Below, in pieces: positions 37,178 to 48,884 of a stretch of DNA of 64,000 nt (positions within the stretch are counted from its first letter, which is position 1; each line of letters begins with the position of its first letter). The DNA is from Chiloscyllium plagiosum (Eukaryota), in NCBI RefSeq assembly GCF_004010195.1, contig NC_057756.1, forward strand, positions 6,550,788 to 6,614,787. Reading direction: 5' to 3'. Made by a program: the position numbers and the translations under genes. The notes beneath the pieces are model-generated. The model searched no databases and was not told the origin of the DNA. It saw nothing but the letters and a program-made list of their open reading frames with translations.

Positions 37178-37983
37178 CTAATTTTGTTTGTGAAGTGCAC
37201 ATTGGTTCTCATGTGATTTGTATATGGTGTGTGTATGGGTGTGTTTGTGTGTATGCATATACGGGGGTGTGGCTGAGTCTGACATTATGTGTGCACATGA
37301 AAATGTGTGAGAGTTAGATTCTGTGTGAATGCATTTTCCTGTCATTGTCAACTCATCACAGGCAGCTTGGTGCTTGCAGTCTTTATTGCCCTGGATGTTG
37401 ATTATTCCCCTGCTCTCGTATTCCACTGTGGCCCAATTGATGATGTTACCCCCTGCGCGGTGGCATCCTCGATTTAACACCTTGATGTCTGTTGGGGACA
37501 GGACATGGTCCCACAGGTTAACATCTGTCAACTCTCCTACAAAACTCTGCTGTCTGTCAAACCCACCCCCTTCCTGGTCCTGCTCCTGCCCCAGGATAAC
37601 AATGCCCCCTCCACCCACCATGCCACCCTGATGGCCAACTTTGCGAAGGCTCCGGACTCCATTGATCCAGAAGGTGATGAGTCCAGTCAGGGAGTCCCAG
37701 GTCACGCAGATGTGTCTCAGTTGGGCGTCCAGCTCTGGGAGGTCAAAATCGAGCAAGTCAGTGTCAAGGCGGAGGGAGAGCTTTGTGTTCTCGTTGTGCC
37801 AGAGCAGTAACTCGTTGTCCTTAGTCGCTGTGGCATAGGAGAACAAGCTGTAACCTCGCTTCGCCTCTGAGGCGGCCCTCAGGCAGAGGGTGAATGCAGA
37901 GAGCTGGGGAAATTCGGCGGGAAGCAGCTTCACGTAAGAATTGTCGGTTTGAGTCTGGAAGACCAGCGACTTGCCTGAGAAAC
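37178..37983 (-). CDS. Short pentraxin B (SAP/CRP-like), pentraxin-domain exon with a 63-aa C-terminal extension
   Basis: Acceptor ttgttttattttaaag|GT. Motifs AFTLCLR, FSYAT..DNELLLW, HICVTWDS and ILGQEQD..FDRQQSFVGE. About 68% identical to gene A by hand alignment. Spliced product 287 aa. Confidence 0.96.
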
Positions 37984-38284
37984 CTTTAAAATAAAACAAT
38001 GAGTTCACATCAGTGCCATTTCGGAATGGAGTGGCAGTGTTATAGAAACAGGAGTGGAAATTTCTCACAATAGCGCAAATCATTCAAGGTGCTGTTCATA
38101 GATGACTAAGGTATACTGACTCCACTAAAATTGCCTGAGAACTACAACCCATCCATCAGGGAAATCTGACACTCAACACTCTCATAAATAGTCTCCAACT
38201 CCAAGCAGCAACCAGAGAAATCGGACAATTCGGATTTCCCTATCTGCGTCATTACCTATGGGGAACTGTTAGGCATATTATCAT

Positions 38285-40740
38285 CATATCATAAGATCAT
38301 AATATTTAGGAGCAGAATTAGACCATTCGGCCCACCATGCAATCACAGCTCAACTCCATTCTCCTGCTTCAACCCCATAGACGTTGGACGCCTTACCAAT
38401 CAAGAACTGATGCATCTCTCACTATCTTAAATAAACACAGTGGGCTCCCCAAACGCACCGCCTTCTGGCTGAGGAAATTCCTCCTTACCACAGTTCTTAC
38501 CTGTTGTCCTTTTACACTGGTCCCAGTCTCTCGAACAAGTGTACACATATTTTACCGAGACTTTTCAGTGTTCTGTATATTTCTGTCAGATCTCACCTCT
38601 AAACTCCATTGAATACAGACTCAGAATCCTCAACTTCTCCGCATTTCACAAGCCCTTTGTCTTGGGGACCATTTCTGTAAACCTCCTCTTCACCCTGTTC
38701 AAGGCCAGCCCATTCTTCCTTAGACAGGATCCCAAAATTGTGAACAATATTTCTAATGCAGTCTGAGCAGAGCCTTTTGCAGCCTCAACACTACATCTCT
38801 GCTCTTTCAGTCCAGTCTTGTTGAAATGAATGCCATACAGAACATAATCAATGCTTCCTATCAAAGTGCATAAACTCACACTTTCTATCTGTCACTCTTA
38901 GTTAGAATCATAGAGTCATAGAGATGTACAACACGGAATCAGACCCTTCAGTCCAACCTGTCCATGCCGACCAGATATCGCAACCCAATGTAGTCCCACC
39001 TGCCAGCACCCAGCCCATATCCCTCCAAACCCTTCCTATTCATGTACTCATCCAGATGCCTTTTCAATTGTACCAGCCTCCACCATTTCCTTTGGCAGCT
39101 AATTCCATACATGTACCACCCGTTGCATGAAAACATTGCCCCTCAGGTCTTTTTTATATCTTTCCCCGGTCACCTTAAACTTATGCCCTCTAGTTCTGGA
39201 CTCCCCCACCCCAGGGAAGAGTATTTGTCTATTTATCCTATCCATGCTTCTCATGATTTTATAAACCTCTACCAGGTCACCCCTCAACCTCCAACGCTCC
39301 AGAGAAAACAGCCCCAGACTATTCAATCTCTCCCAATAGCTCAAATTCTCCAACCTTGGCAACATTCTTGCAAATCTTTTCTGAACCCTTTCAAGTTTCA
39401 CAACATCTTTCCAATAGGAAGAAGACCTGAATTGCACACAGTATTCCAAAAGTGGCCTAATCAATGTATTGTAAGCTGCAACATGACCTTCCAACTCCTG
39501 TAGTCTAGACTCTGACCAATGAAGGAAAGCATACCACTCACCTTCTTCACTATCCTATTTACCGGTGACTCCACTTTCAAGGAGCCATGAACCTGCACTC
39601 CAAGATCTCCTTATTTAGCAACACATTGCAGGACCTTTCCATTAAGTGTAAAAGTCCTGCTAAGATTTGCTTTCCCAAAATGCAGCATCTCACATTTCTC
39701 CAAACTCTATCTGCCACTTCTCAACCCATTGTCCCATCTGATCAAGATCTCATTGTAGTCTGTGGTAACCTTCTTCGCTGTCCACTACACCTCCAATTCT
39801 GGTGTCTTCTGCAACCTTACTAACTATACCTGAAGTCTGAGTGCAGCATCTCCACTTCCTCAACACAACTGGTCCCTCCATCTATCTTTGTGCAATCTGT
39901 AGATAGCAACAATACCCTCAGTTCCTTTGTTCAGCTTGCTAATGTACAACGTGAGCTGTTGTGGTCCCAACACAGACTCCTGCGGAACTAGTCCTTGGAT
40001 GCCATCTTGAAAAAGATCTGTTAATCCCTACTCCCTGCCTTCTGCCTGTCAGCCACTATTCTGTTTAGAGATTGTGCCCGAAACGTTGATTTTCCTGCTC
40101 CTCAGATGCTGTGCTTTTCAAGCAAAACTCTAATCTTAACTACTCTGTTTATGACAGTACCTAGCCCCTGACAGCGTGGACTCTTATTTAGCAACCTCTA
40201 TGTACTGCATCTTGTCAAAGGCTTTCTGGAAATCCAAATAGTTTATGTTCACTGAATTTCCTTCGTCTAACTTGCTTGTTACTCCTGAAAGAATTCTACC
40301 AGATTTGTCAGACATGATGTCCCCTTGACGAAGCTGTTTTAACAAGTATTCTGTAATCTCATCCTTAATCATTGACTGTAAAATATTGCCAATAACAAGG
40401 TCAGGCTAACCGGCCTATATCTTCCTGTTTTCTGCCTTTGTCTCTTTTTAAAACCGGGGTGTTACATTTGCCATTTCCAGCTCCTCTGCGACCCTCTCTG
40501 TCACCAGTGATTCCTGAAAGATCACAACCATAGTCTCCATAACTTTCTCAGCTCTCTCCATCAGAACTGTGGGCTTTACTTCAGTGGGTCTGGGAGATTC
40601 TATCCACCTTCATACCTTACAGCTTCCTCCAAAGTGTATTTTGTATGGAGGGGAATCCAATATTATCCATGACTATCCATTACACTCACCTCTGCCCCCT
40701 AACTTCCGGTCATTCCAGTATGCTGCTCATGACTTCCACG
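38285..40740 (-). mobile_element. Old CR1 LINE (38285-38880 and 39830-40740) with a younger CR1/HER1 copy nested at 38905-39830
   Basis: YNTLIRPLLEYCVQF..VKLERVQKRFARMLP (39099-39494) and YLDFQKAFDK (40184-40372). Confidence 0.9.
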
Positions 40741-41129
40741 ATGTCTAACTCCTGAGTAACTCCACCTGGAAGTTGGCATGGCCCAGATCTCCTGGGTTCC
40801 CTTTTATCAGTGGTCACAAACCTGTTCCCCATGATCTTTTTTCAATATCTCTGCTGGTACATTCAGTGGCACGTTTTGGAGTGTAGCAACTTAATTAAGT
40901 GAATCGCTCTGAAGGAAATGTTGGTGCTCACCATCTGCTTGCTCCCGTCAAATCCTGCAAATTCTGCAGCCACCCTGATGCACCGGACCTCCCTTCTGAT
41001 CTAACCCATTTACCTCCTTGCCTACCTACATCTATATTCCCACCCTCCATATATTTCATCTGCAGTCATACTTACATAGTCGTCCACACATAAGTAACCT
41101 TAACAGGCATGCAGCAAACTCATAGAGAT

Positions 41130-41550
41130 AACAACATAGAATACAGAAGAAGGCTGCATAGGCTGGGACATTTTTCACTGGAGTGTAAGAGCTTGAGATG
41201 CTGCCTTATCGTGGTGTATAAAATTGTGAAAGGTATTAATATAGAGTTAATGTTAGAGTTCTTGTCCCGAAATGGGAGATGACTAGGGGCCACATTTTTA
41301 ATATGAGAAGGTGGAGATTTTAAACAGATATGAGGTGAAAATTTTCTATACAGAGAGTAGTTCTCATGTGCAATGAACTTCCTGAGGAAGTGAGAGATGT
41401 GGATACATGTGCAATGTTTAAAAGATATTTGGACAAGTAAATGAACGGGAATGATTGGGCTAGAAGAAGGCATGCGAGACCAAATCAGTTTGGGATTATG
41501 TTTGGAATGGACTGAAAGGTCTGTTTCCATTCTGTATGACACTATGGCAT
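41130..41550 (+). mobile_element. Old CR1 3' fragment in the pentraxin B intron
   Basis: aggctgcataggctgggacatttttcactggag...ggactgaaaggtctgtttccattctgtatgac. Confidence 0.8.
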
Positions 41551-41983
41551 TGGCCATTCGTCCTTTCAATATGATAATGGCTATCATCCAATTGAAAACC
41601 TTATTTCTGATTGCTCGCCCCATTAAATTTCATCATGTGCCATGGATGGGATTTGAACGAAATCGCCAGAGAATTAAAATTGGGCGTTGGATTACCAGTG
41701 TAGTGATGATGCCACTCTGCCGCATTTCCCAAACTTGCTTCTTTATAACTGAAGCTCACAGAGGTATTTGCTGTGCCACGTGCGCGGTTTTACATATAGA
41801 CACACAAACATACAGTTACAGACACACACACATACACACACAAAGAGATGGAATTAACTGTATTCAGTTTCATGTTAGAATTTAGGAGCTATGTCTTCTG
41901 CACAGCTGCTCACTCCTATTGGGAAATAAAGCTTGCTATGGGGATGACGAACTGTAGCCTGTGATACACCAGAACTGACATAC

Positions 41984-42041
41984 CTCCACTGACAGATCCC
42001 AGCACGAAAAGGCAAGAAGCAAGGAGAATGAAGGTCTTCAT
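41984..42041 (-). CDS. Short pentraxin B, signal-peptide exon (absent from the ORF track)
   Basis: acgATG, MKTFILLASCLFVLGSVSG plus G|gtatgt. Phase 1 matches the exon at 37983. Acceptor acattcgcag lies 12 nt upstream, the same layout as gene A. Confidence 0.93.
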
Positions 42042-43851
42042 CGTGTTTCAAGTCTGCGAATGTTAATGAACAGGAAGTCGGTTACCTTGGTCTGTTGTGG
42101 AAACTCAGAATTCACACGTTAAACTGAACACACAAAAGACACAACATTGCTCTGAGAAACAACCCAAATATGTTAGCATACCAGCTCTGTCTCAGTTGCC
42201 AACTCAGAGTCCAAACATTGCGGGTTCAAGACTCACTCCGCAGCCTGAAAGCAAGCTTCAAAACAATGATTTGTGGGAATTGAGGGATATTGAGGGAAAA
42301 CTGAAATGTCAGTTGTATGTTGCAATGCCAAATGGGTTGCAATGAAGGAGTGCTGCACAGTCAGAGGCACAGTTCTACGTTAGTCGTGCAATATCAGTAC
42401 TTAAGGACATGTAGTGAAGCTGTGTCGCGCTTTTGGGAGGTCTGTAATGAGGAAGTGATGCATATTGTTGGAGAATCAATAGCGAAGAAGCACTAAACTA
42501 TCGAATGGTCAAGATGAATGGAACACTGAACCGTCAGAAGGTATATAATGAGGGAGTCTGACAATATCAGAGATAGTATTGGGTGAGGGTTTGCTGTCCA
42601 AGGGTCACTACTAGGGAGCTCCATATTGTCAGAGAAATGTACCTAGACCTGGATTTAAGTCTTGTCATTTGCTGCCTAAGAGCAATATATATCTACTTCC
42701 ACCACATCGCCTTTCGTATTTCACGACACTTTGGAAGGGGAATAAGTGGTGAGTAATATATTTGACTGACGAACGGGCACCCATATTTCATGAGTAACTT
42801 TCTTATGGAAAATAAACTGCAGCCGTGCACTGAAGCAGGGATTTGCAATTGGTAGTGAACTCTGTGCTACCTACATTTGGCTACTCTGACGAATGCTTAT
42901 TGACTTTCACCTTGAAATTTGATCTCAGCTTGTCTTTCTCTCTTTACTCTCCATGTTAGCTTTTATCTCTGATTTTCTCTTTTTGTCACTTAATCTTTTT
43001 CGTTGTCAATCTGCAGATCTCAGTCAATTCCTCGTTCTGTCCATCTCCCCCTATCGTTCCCACTTTGGGATTCCTCTTTCTCAAGGCTATGTACGACAGA
43101 TCAAAACAGAAGCACAAGGGGCAACAAATTCTTCGATTTTTAAATACAAACAGTAAAAGAAGCCAGACTCCATTACAGAGCTGAAATGCCATGCGAATTT
43201 TGCAATTTGGACATATCGATTGCTACAAGTCCTGTAGGAAATGTGTTGTTCTTGTCACTGCTAAATTAGAGTTTCAGAGAGTCATCAGGAGCCTTTAGGG
43301 TAAAGACTAAATTCTTTGGACGAATCAATTTGCTGCAGTCAGGTGGGAGCAGGTTAACCAGAAGTATCCACAGATGTAATATACAAAACATCTATTACTT
43401 TTTTTGGGAGTGAAACAATGAATAAAACACCCAGAAAATTTAAATAAAAAATCTTTGTGCAACTATGTTCAAGTATTAAATTGAAAATGACCATCACTCT
43501 ACAGACTATATCCTGTCATCAATTGTTAAAATGAACAAAACTGTGAAAGGCAATCAGTCCCATCAGTGAGGCCTAGGCTATTGTTTTCAGTATTTGTCTT
43601 TTCCCTATCGTAATGTTTTCTCCATCATTTCCTGTCAAACCATCTGTCTTATTCTTAAGTGAGTCTGTCTGTATTTGGGATTGAAGTTTACCATTGAGGG
43701 TAGACAACAGTTCTTTATTCTTCATTACAGTTTGCAAATTAAGAAATGCGTTTGCAATAAATAGATACTGTGTCCTGTTAATAACAAAATCTGGTGCAAA
43801 TTTGAGTAATCCTGAGCCACAGTCATTTCGGAAAGCTGATGGTTTAATTGA

Positions 43852-44480
43852 TGGCACAGTGACTCAGTGATTAGCCCTGCTGCCTCACGGCGCCAGGGGC
43901 CCAGGTTCGATTCCAGCCTCGGGGTGACTGTCTGTATGGAGTTGGTACATTCTCCCCGTGTCTGCGTAGGTTTGCTCCGGTTTCCTTCCACAGCCCAAAG
44001 ATGTGCAGGTCAGGTGAATGGGCCAGGCTAAATTGCAAGGCAAAAGTGAGGATGGCAGATGCTGGAAACCAGAGTTTAGATCAGAGTGGTGCTGGAAAAG
44101 CAAAGCAGGTCAGACAGCATCCGAGGAGCAGGAAAATCGACGTTTCGGGCAAAAGCCCTTCATCAGGAATGAGGCTGGGAGCCTCGGGGTGGAGAGAGAA
44201 AATATACAACTCCCAAAGTTTCCAGCCTCATTGCTGATGAAGGGCTCCCGCTCGAAACATTGATTCTCCTGCTCCTCAGATGCTGCCTTACCTGCTATGC
44301 TTTTCCAGTACCACTCTAATCTTGACTCTAAATTGCCCATAGTGTTCAGTGGGGTGTAGGTTTGATGCATTACTCAGGAGAAATGGAAAGTCATTGGGTA
44401 GGGGAACAGGTCTGGGATATTCATCGGAGGTCGGTGTGGACTTGTTGGGCCAAAATGGCCTGTTTCCACACTGGAGAGAA
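43852..44480 (+). mobile_element. HE1-type SINE split by a palindromic Penelope-derived insertion (44037-44327, 9-bp TSD)
   Basis: TSD ctaaattgc at 44028-36 and 44328-36. Intact minus-strand hammerhead core at 44135-44170 and a degenerate + strand copy at ~44232-44265. Confidence 0.88.
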
Positions 44481-45039
44481 ATAATTCTCAACATTTGTCA
44501 TGAACTGTGGAAACTTTTGAGTTTCAGTATTGGTTTACTCTTCCCCATTACATAAGAATGGAAGGTGGTCGTGGTTGTTGGCAATCAGCCGTCTTAAGTT
44601 CAGGTCTTATCCATAGGGACTCCTCTGGCCCATCATCCTCAGCTGCTTCATCAGCTCCTTTGCTTCCATCACAATGTCAGAATGGGTCAAGAGTATAAGA
44701 GTCTATGGGATCGAAAGCAAGGGGCACAGTTGGACATAAAGTTGGCTGTAGCAAAGACGACGATGATGGAAGAATTGTTTTATTGAGGGTCTTATAATGT
44801 AATCATTCTTGTTTGGCAAAATGATGGAAGCAGATTGACAGCACAGTGCATAAGGCTCCTGCATGCACAAGGGTCATCTGCTCAGTCCGCTGTCACTTTT
44901 GCTTTTTCCAATCTTTTCTCCCCAGTCTTTTTACCCAAGTCATACCTACTTACCTGATGTGAGATGTGGGTCAGTGGCAACAGAGGCCTCCGACGTCAAT
45001 ACCAGTCTTTCCAAAAAGCGGCCAGAGAGTAGTCAACAT

Positions 45040-48000
45040 GAGGCATCGAGACAGAGAGCAGGCAGACTGAGACAGTGAGACAGGGAGCAGGCAGACTGAG
45101 GCAGGCAGAGAGAGAGAGGACAGGCCGACTGAGGCAGGGAGAGAGGGAACAGGCAGACTGGGGCAGTGAGAGAGGAAACAGGCAGACTGAGGCAGTGAGA
45201 CAGAGATCAGGCAGACTGAGGCAGGGAGAGAGGGAGCAGGCAGACAGAGGCAGTGAGAGAGGGAGCAGGCAGACTGAGGCAGTGAGAGAGAGAACAGGCA
45301 GACGGAGACAGAGAGGGAGCAGGCAAAGTGAGACAGTGAGAGAAGGAGCAGGCAGACTGAGGCAGGCAGAGAGAGAGGACAGGCCGACTGAGGAAATGAG
45401 AGAGGGAGCAGGCCGAATGAGGCAGTGAGTGAGTGAACAGGCAGACTGGGACAGTGAGAGAGAAAACAGGCAGACGGAGGCAGGGAGACAGAGAACACAC
45501 AGACTGAGGCAGTGAGACAGAGAACAGGCAGACTGAGACAGTGAAAGAGAGAACAGGCAGACTGAGGCATAGAACATAGAAACAGGCAGACTGAGGCAAG
45601 AGAGAAAACAAAACACCGATGCCCGCTACAGGTAAGTAATTTTGAAAAAAACTCTTACCTTAGCTGTAGTCTCCCGGGTTCAACTCAACTCGTCCGCTGC
45701 TCCCACTCAAAAGGCAGGGAGAGAGGGACCAGGCAGACTGAGGCATTGATAGAGGGAACAGGCAGACTGAGGCAATAAGGGAGAGAACAGGTGGACTGAG
45801 GCAGTGAGAGAGGGAACAGGCAGACTGAGGCAGTGAGAAAGGGAACAGGCAGACTGAGGCAGTGAGAGAGGGAACAGGCAGACTGAGGCAGAAAGGGAGA
45901 GAACCAGCAGACTGAGGCAGTGAGAGAGAGAACAGGCAGACTAAGGCAAGGATAGAGGAAGCCGGCAGACTGAGGCAGTGAGAGAGGGAGCAGACAGACT
46001 GAGGCAGTGAGAGAGAGAACAGGCAGACTGAGGCAGGGAGAGAGGGAGCAGCCAGACTGAGGCAGTGAGAGAGGGAGAGGCAGACTGACGCAGTGAGACA
46101 GAGAACATGCAGACTGAGACAATGAGAGAGGGAGCAGGCAGACTGAGGCAGTGAGAGAGGAAACAGGCAGACTGAGGCAGTGAGAGAGAGAACAGGCAGA
46201 CTGAGGTAGGGAGAGAGGGAGCAGGCAGACTGAGGCAGTGAGAGAGGGACCAGGCAGACTGGGCCAGTGAGAGAGGAAACAGGCAGACTGAGGCAGTGAG
46301 AGAAAGAACAGGCAGACTGAGATAGAGAGGGAACATGCAGACTGAGACAGTGAGAGAGGGAGCAGGCAGACGGAGGCAGGCAGAGAGAGAGGACAGGTCG
46401 ACAGAGGAAATGAGAGAGGGAGCAGGCCGACTGAGGCAGTGAGAGAGAAAACAGGCAGACTGAGGCTGTGAGAGAGGAAACAGGCAGACTGAGGCAGTGA
46501 GGGAGAGAACCGGCAGACTGAGGCAGGGAGAGAGGGAGCAGGCAGACTGGGGCAGGCAGAGAGAGGAAACAGGCAGACTGAGGCAGTGAGAGAAAGAAAA
46601 GGCAGACTGAGACAGTGAGAGAGGGATCAGGCAGACTGGGGCAGTGAGAGAGGAAACAAGCAGACTGAGGCAGTGAGAGAGGGAGCAGGCGAACTGAGGC
46701 AGTCAGGGAGTGAACAGGCAGACTGAGGCAGGGAGAGAGGGAACAGGCAGACTGAGGCAGTGAGAGAGGGAACAGGCAGACTGAGGCTATAAGGGAGAGA
46801 ACAGGTGGATTGAGGCAGTGAGAGAGGGAACAGGCAGACTGGGACAGTGAGAGAGGTAGCAGGCAGACTGAAGCAGCGAAAGAGGGAACAGGCTGACTGA
46901 GGCAGTGAGAGAGGGAGCGGACAGACTGAGGCAGTGAGAGAGGGAACAGGCAGACTGAGGCAGTGAGAGAGGAAACAGGCAGACTGAGGCAGAAAGGGAG
47001 AGAACCGGCAGACTGAGGCAGAGAGAGAGCGAACAGGCAGACTGAGGCAAGGATAGAGGGAGCAGGCAGACTGAGGCAGTGAGAGAGGAAACAGGCAGAC
47101 TGAGGCAGTAAGACAGAGAACATGTAGACTGAGACAATGAGAGAGGGAACAGGCAGACTGAGGCACGGAGACAGGAAACAGGCAGACTGAGGCAGAAAGG
47201 GAGAGAACCGGCAGACTGAGGCAGAGAGAGAGCGAACAGGCAGACTGAGGCAAGGATAGAGGGAGCAGGCAGACTGAGGCAGTGAGAGAGGAAACAGGCA
47301 GACTGAGGCAGTAAGACAGAGAACATGCAGACTGAGACAATGAGAGAGGGAGCAGGCAGACTGAGGCAGTGAGAGAGGGAGCGGACAGACTGAGGCAGTG
47401 AGAGAGAGAACAGGCAGACAGAGGCTGGGAGAGAGGGAAAAGGCAGACTGAGGCAGTGAGAGAGGGAACAGGCAGACTGAGGCACGGAGAGAGGAAACAA
47501 GCAGACTGAGGCAGTGAGAGAAAGAACAGGCAGACTGAGACAGAGAGGGAACATGCAGAGTGAGACAGTGAGATAGGGAGCAGGCAGACTGAGGCAGGCA
47601 CTGAGAGAGGACAGGCAGACTGAGGAAATGAGAGAGGGAGCAGGCCGACTGAGGCAGTGAGGGAGTGAACAGGCAGACTGGGGCAGTGAGAGAGGAAACA
47701 GGCAGACGGAGGAATGGAGACAGAGAACAGGCAGACTGGGGCAGTGAGAGAGGAAACAGGCAGACTGAGGCAGGAAGACAGAGAACAGGCAGACTGATGC
47801 AGTAAGGGTGGGAACAGGCAGACTGAGGCAGTGAGAGAGAGAATAGGCAGACTGAGGCAGGGAGAGAGGGAACAGGCAGACTGCGGCAGTGAGGGAGGGA
47901 ACATGCAGACTGAGACAGTGAGAGAGGGAGTTGGCAGACTGAGGAAGTAAAAGAGGGAGCAGGCAGAATAAGGCAGTAAGAGAGAGAACAGGCATACTGA

Positions 48001-48884
48001 GGCAGTGAGAGAGAGAAGAGGCAGACTGAGGCAGTGAGATAGGGAGCAGGCAGACTGAGGCAGTGAGAGAGAGAACAGGTAGTCTGAGGCAGGGAGAGAG
48101 GGAGCAGGCAGACGGAGGCAGTGAGAGAGGGAACAGGCAGACTGAGGCAGTGAGAGAGGAAACAGGCAGACTGAGGCAGAAAGGGAGAGAACCGGCAGAC
48201 TGAGGCAGTGAGAGAGAGAACAGGTAGTCTGAGGCAGGGAGAGAGGGAGCAGGCTGACGGAGGCAGTGAGAGAGGGAAGAGGCAGAGAGGGAGCAGGCAG
48301 ACTGAGGCAGTGAGAGAGGGACCAGGCAGACTGGGGCAGTGAGAGAGGAAACAGGCAGACTGAGGCAGTGAGAGAAAGAACAAGCAGACTGAGACAGAGA
48401 GGAAACATGCAGACTGAGACAGTGAGAGAGGGAGCAGGCAGACTGAGGCAGGCAGAGAGAGAGAGTACAGGCCGACTGAGGAAATGAGAGAGGGAGCAGG
48501 CCGACTGAGGCAGTGAGAGAGGAAACAGGCAGACTGAGGCTGTGAGAGAGGAAACAGGCAGACTGAGGCAGTGAGAGAGAGAACCGGCAGACTGAGGCAG
48601 GGAGAGAGGGAGCAGGCAGACTGGGGCAGGCAGAGAGAGGAAACAGGCAGACTGAGGCAGTGAGAGAAAGAAAAGGCAGACTGAGACAGTGAGAGAGGGA
48701 TCAGGCAGACTGGGGCAGTGAGAGAGGAAACAGGCACACTGAGGCAGTCAGGGAGTGAACAGGCAGACTGAGGCAGGGAGAGAGGGAACAGGCAGACTGA
48801 GGCAGTGAGAGAGGGAACAGGTAGACTGAGGCACGGAGAGAGGAAACTGGCAGACTGAGGCAGTGAGAGAGAGAACAGGCAGAC
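45040..48884. repeat. 29-bp GA-rich satellite (aggcagactgaggcagtgagagagggaac)n, ~130 units, running into an assembly gap
   Basis: Direct inspection. A 7-unit (203-bp) higher-order duplication at 46981 and 47184. A unique island at 45611-45711. Confidence 0.97.

Noticed and set aside
45660-48737. 1025-aa and other long overlapping ORFs
   Set aside because: They are translations of the 29-bp satellite. The pyrimidine-rich strand lacks stops in all frames, and the peptides are periodic (LSLPQSAC).
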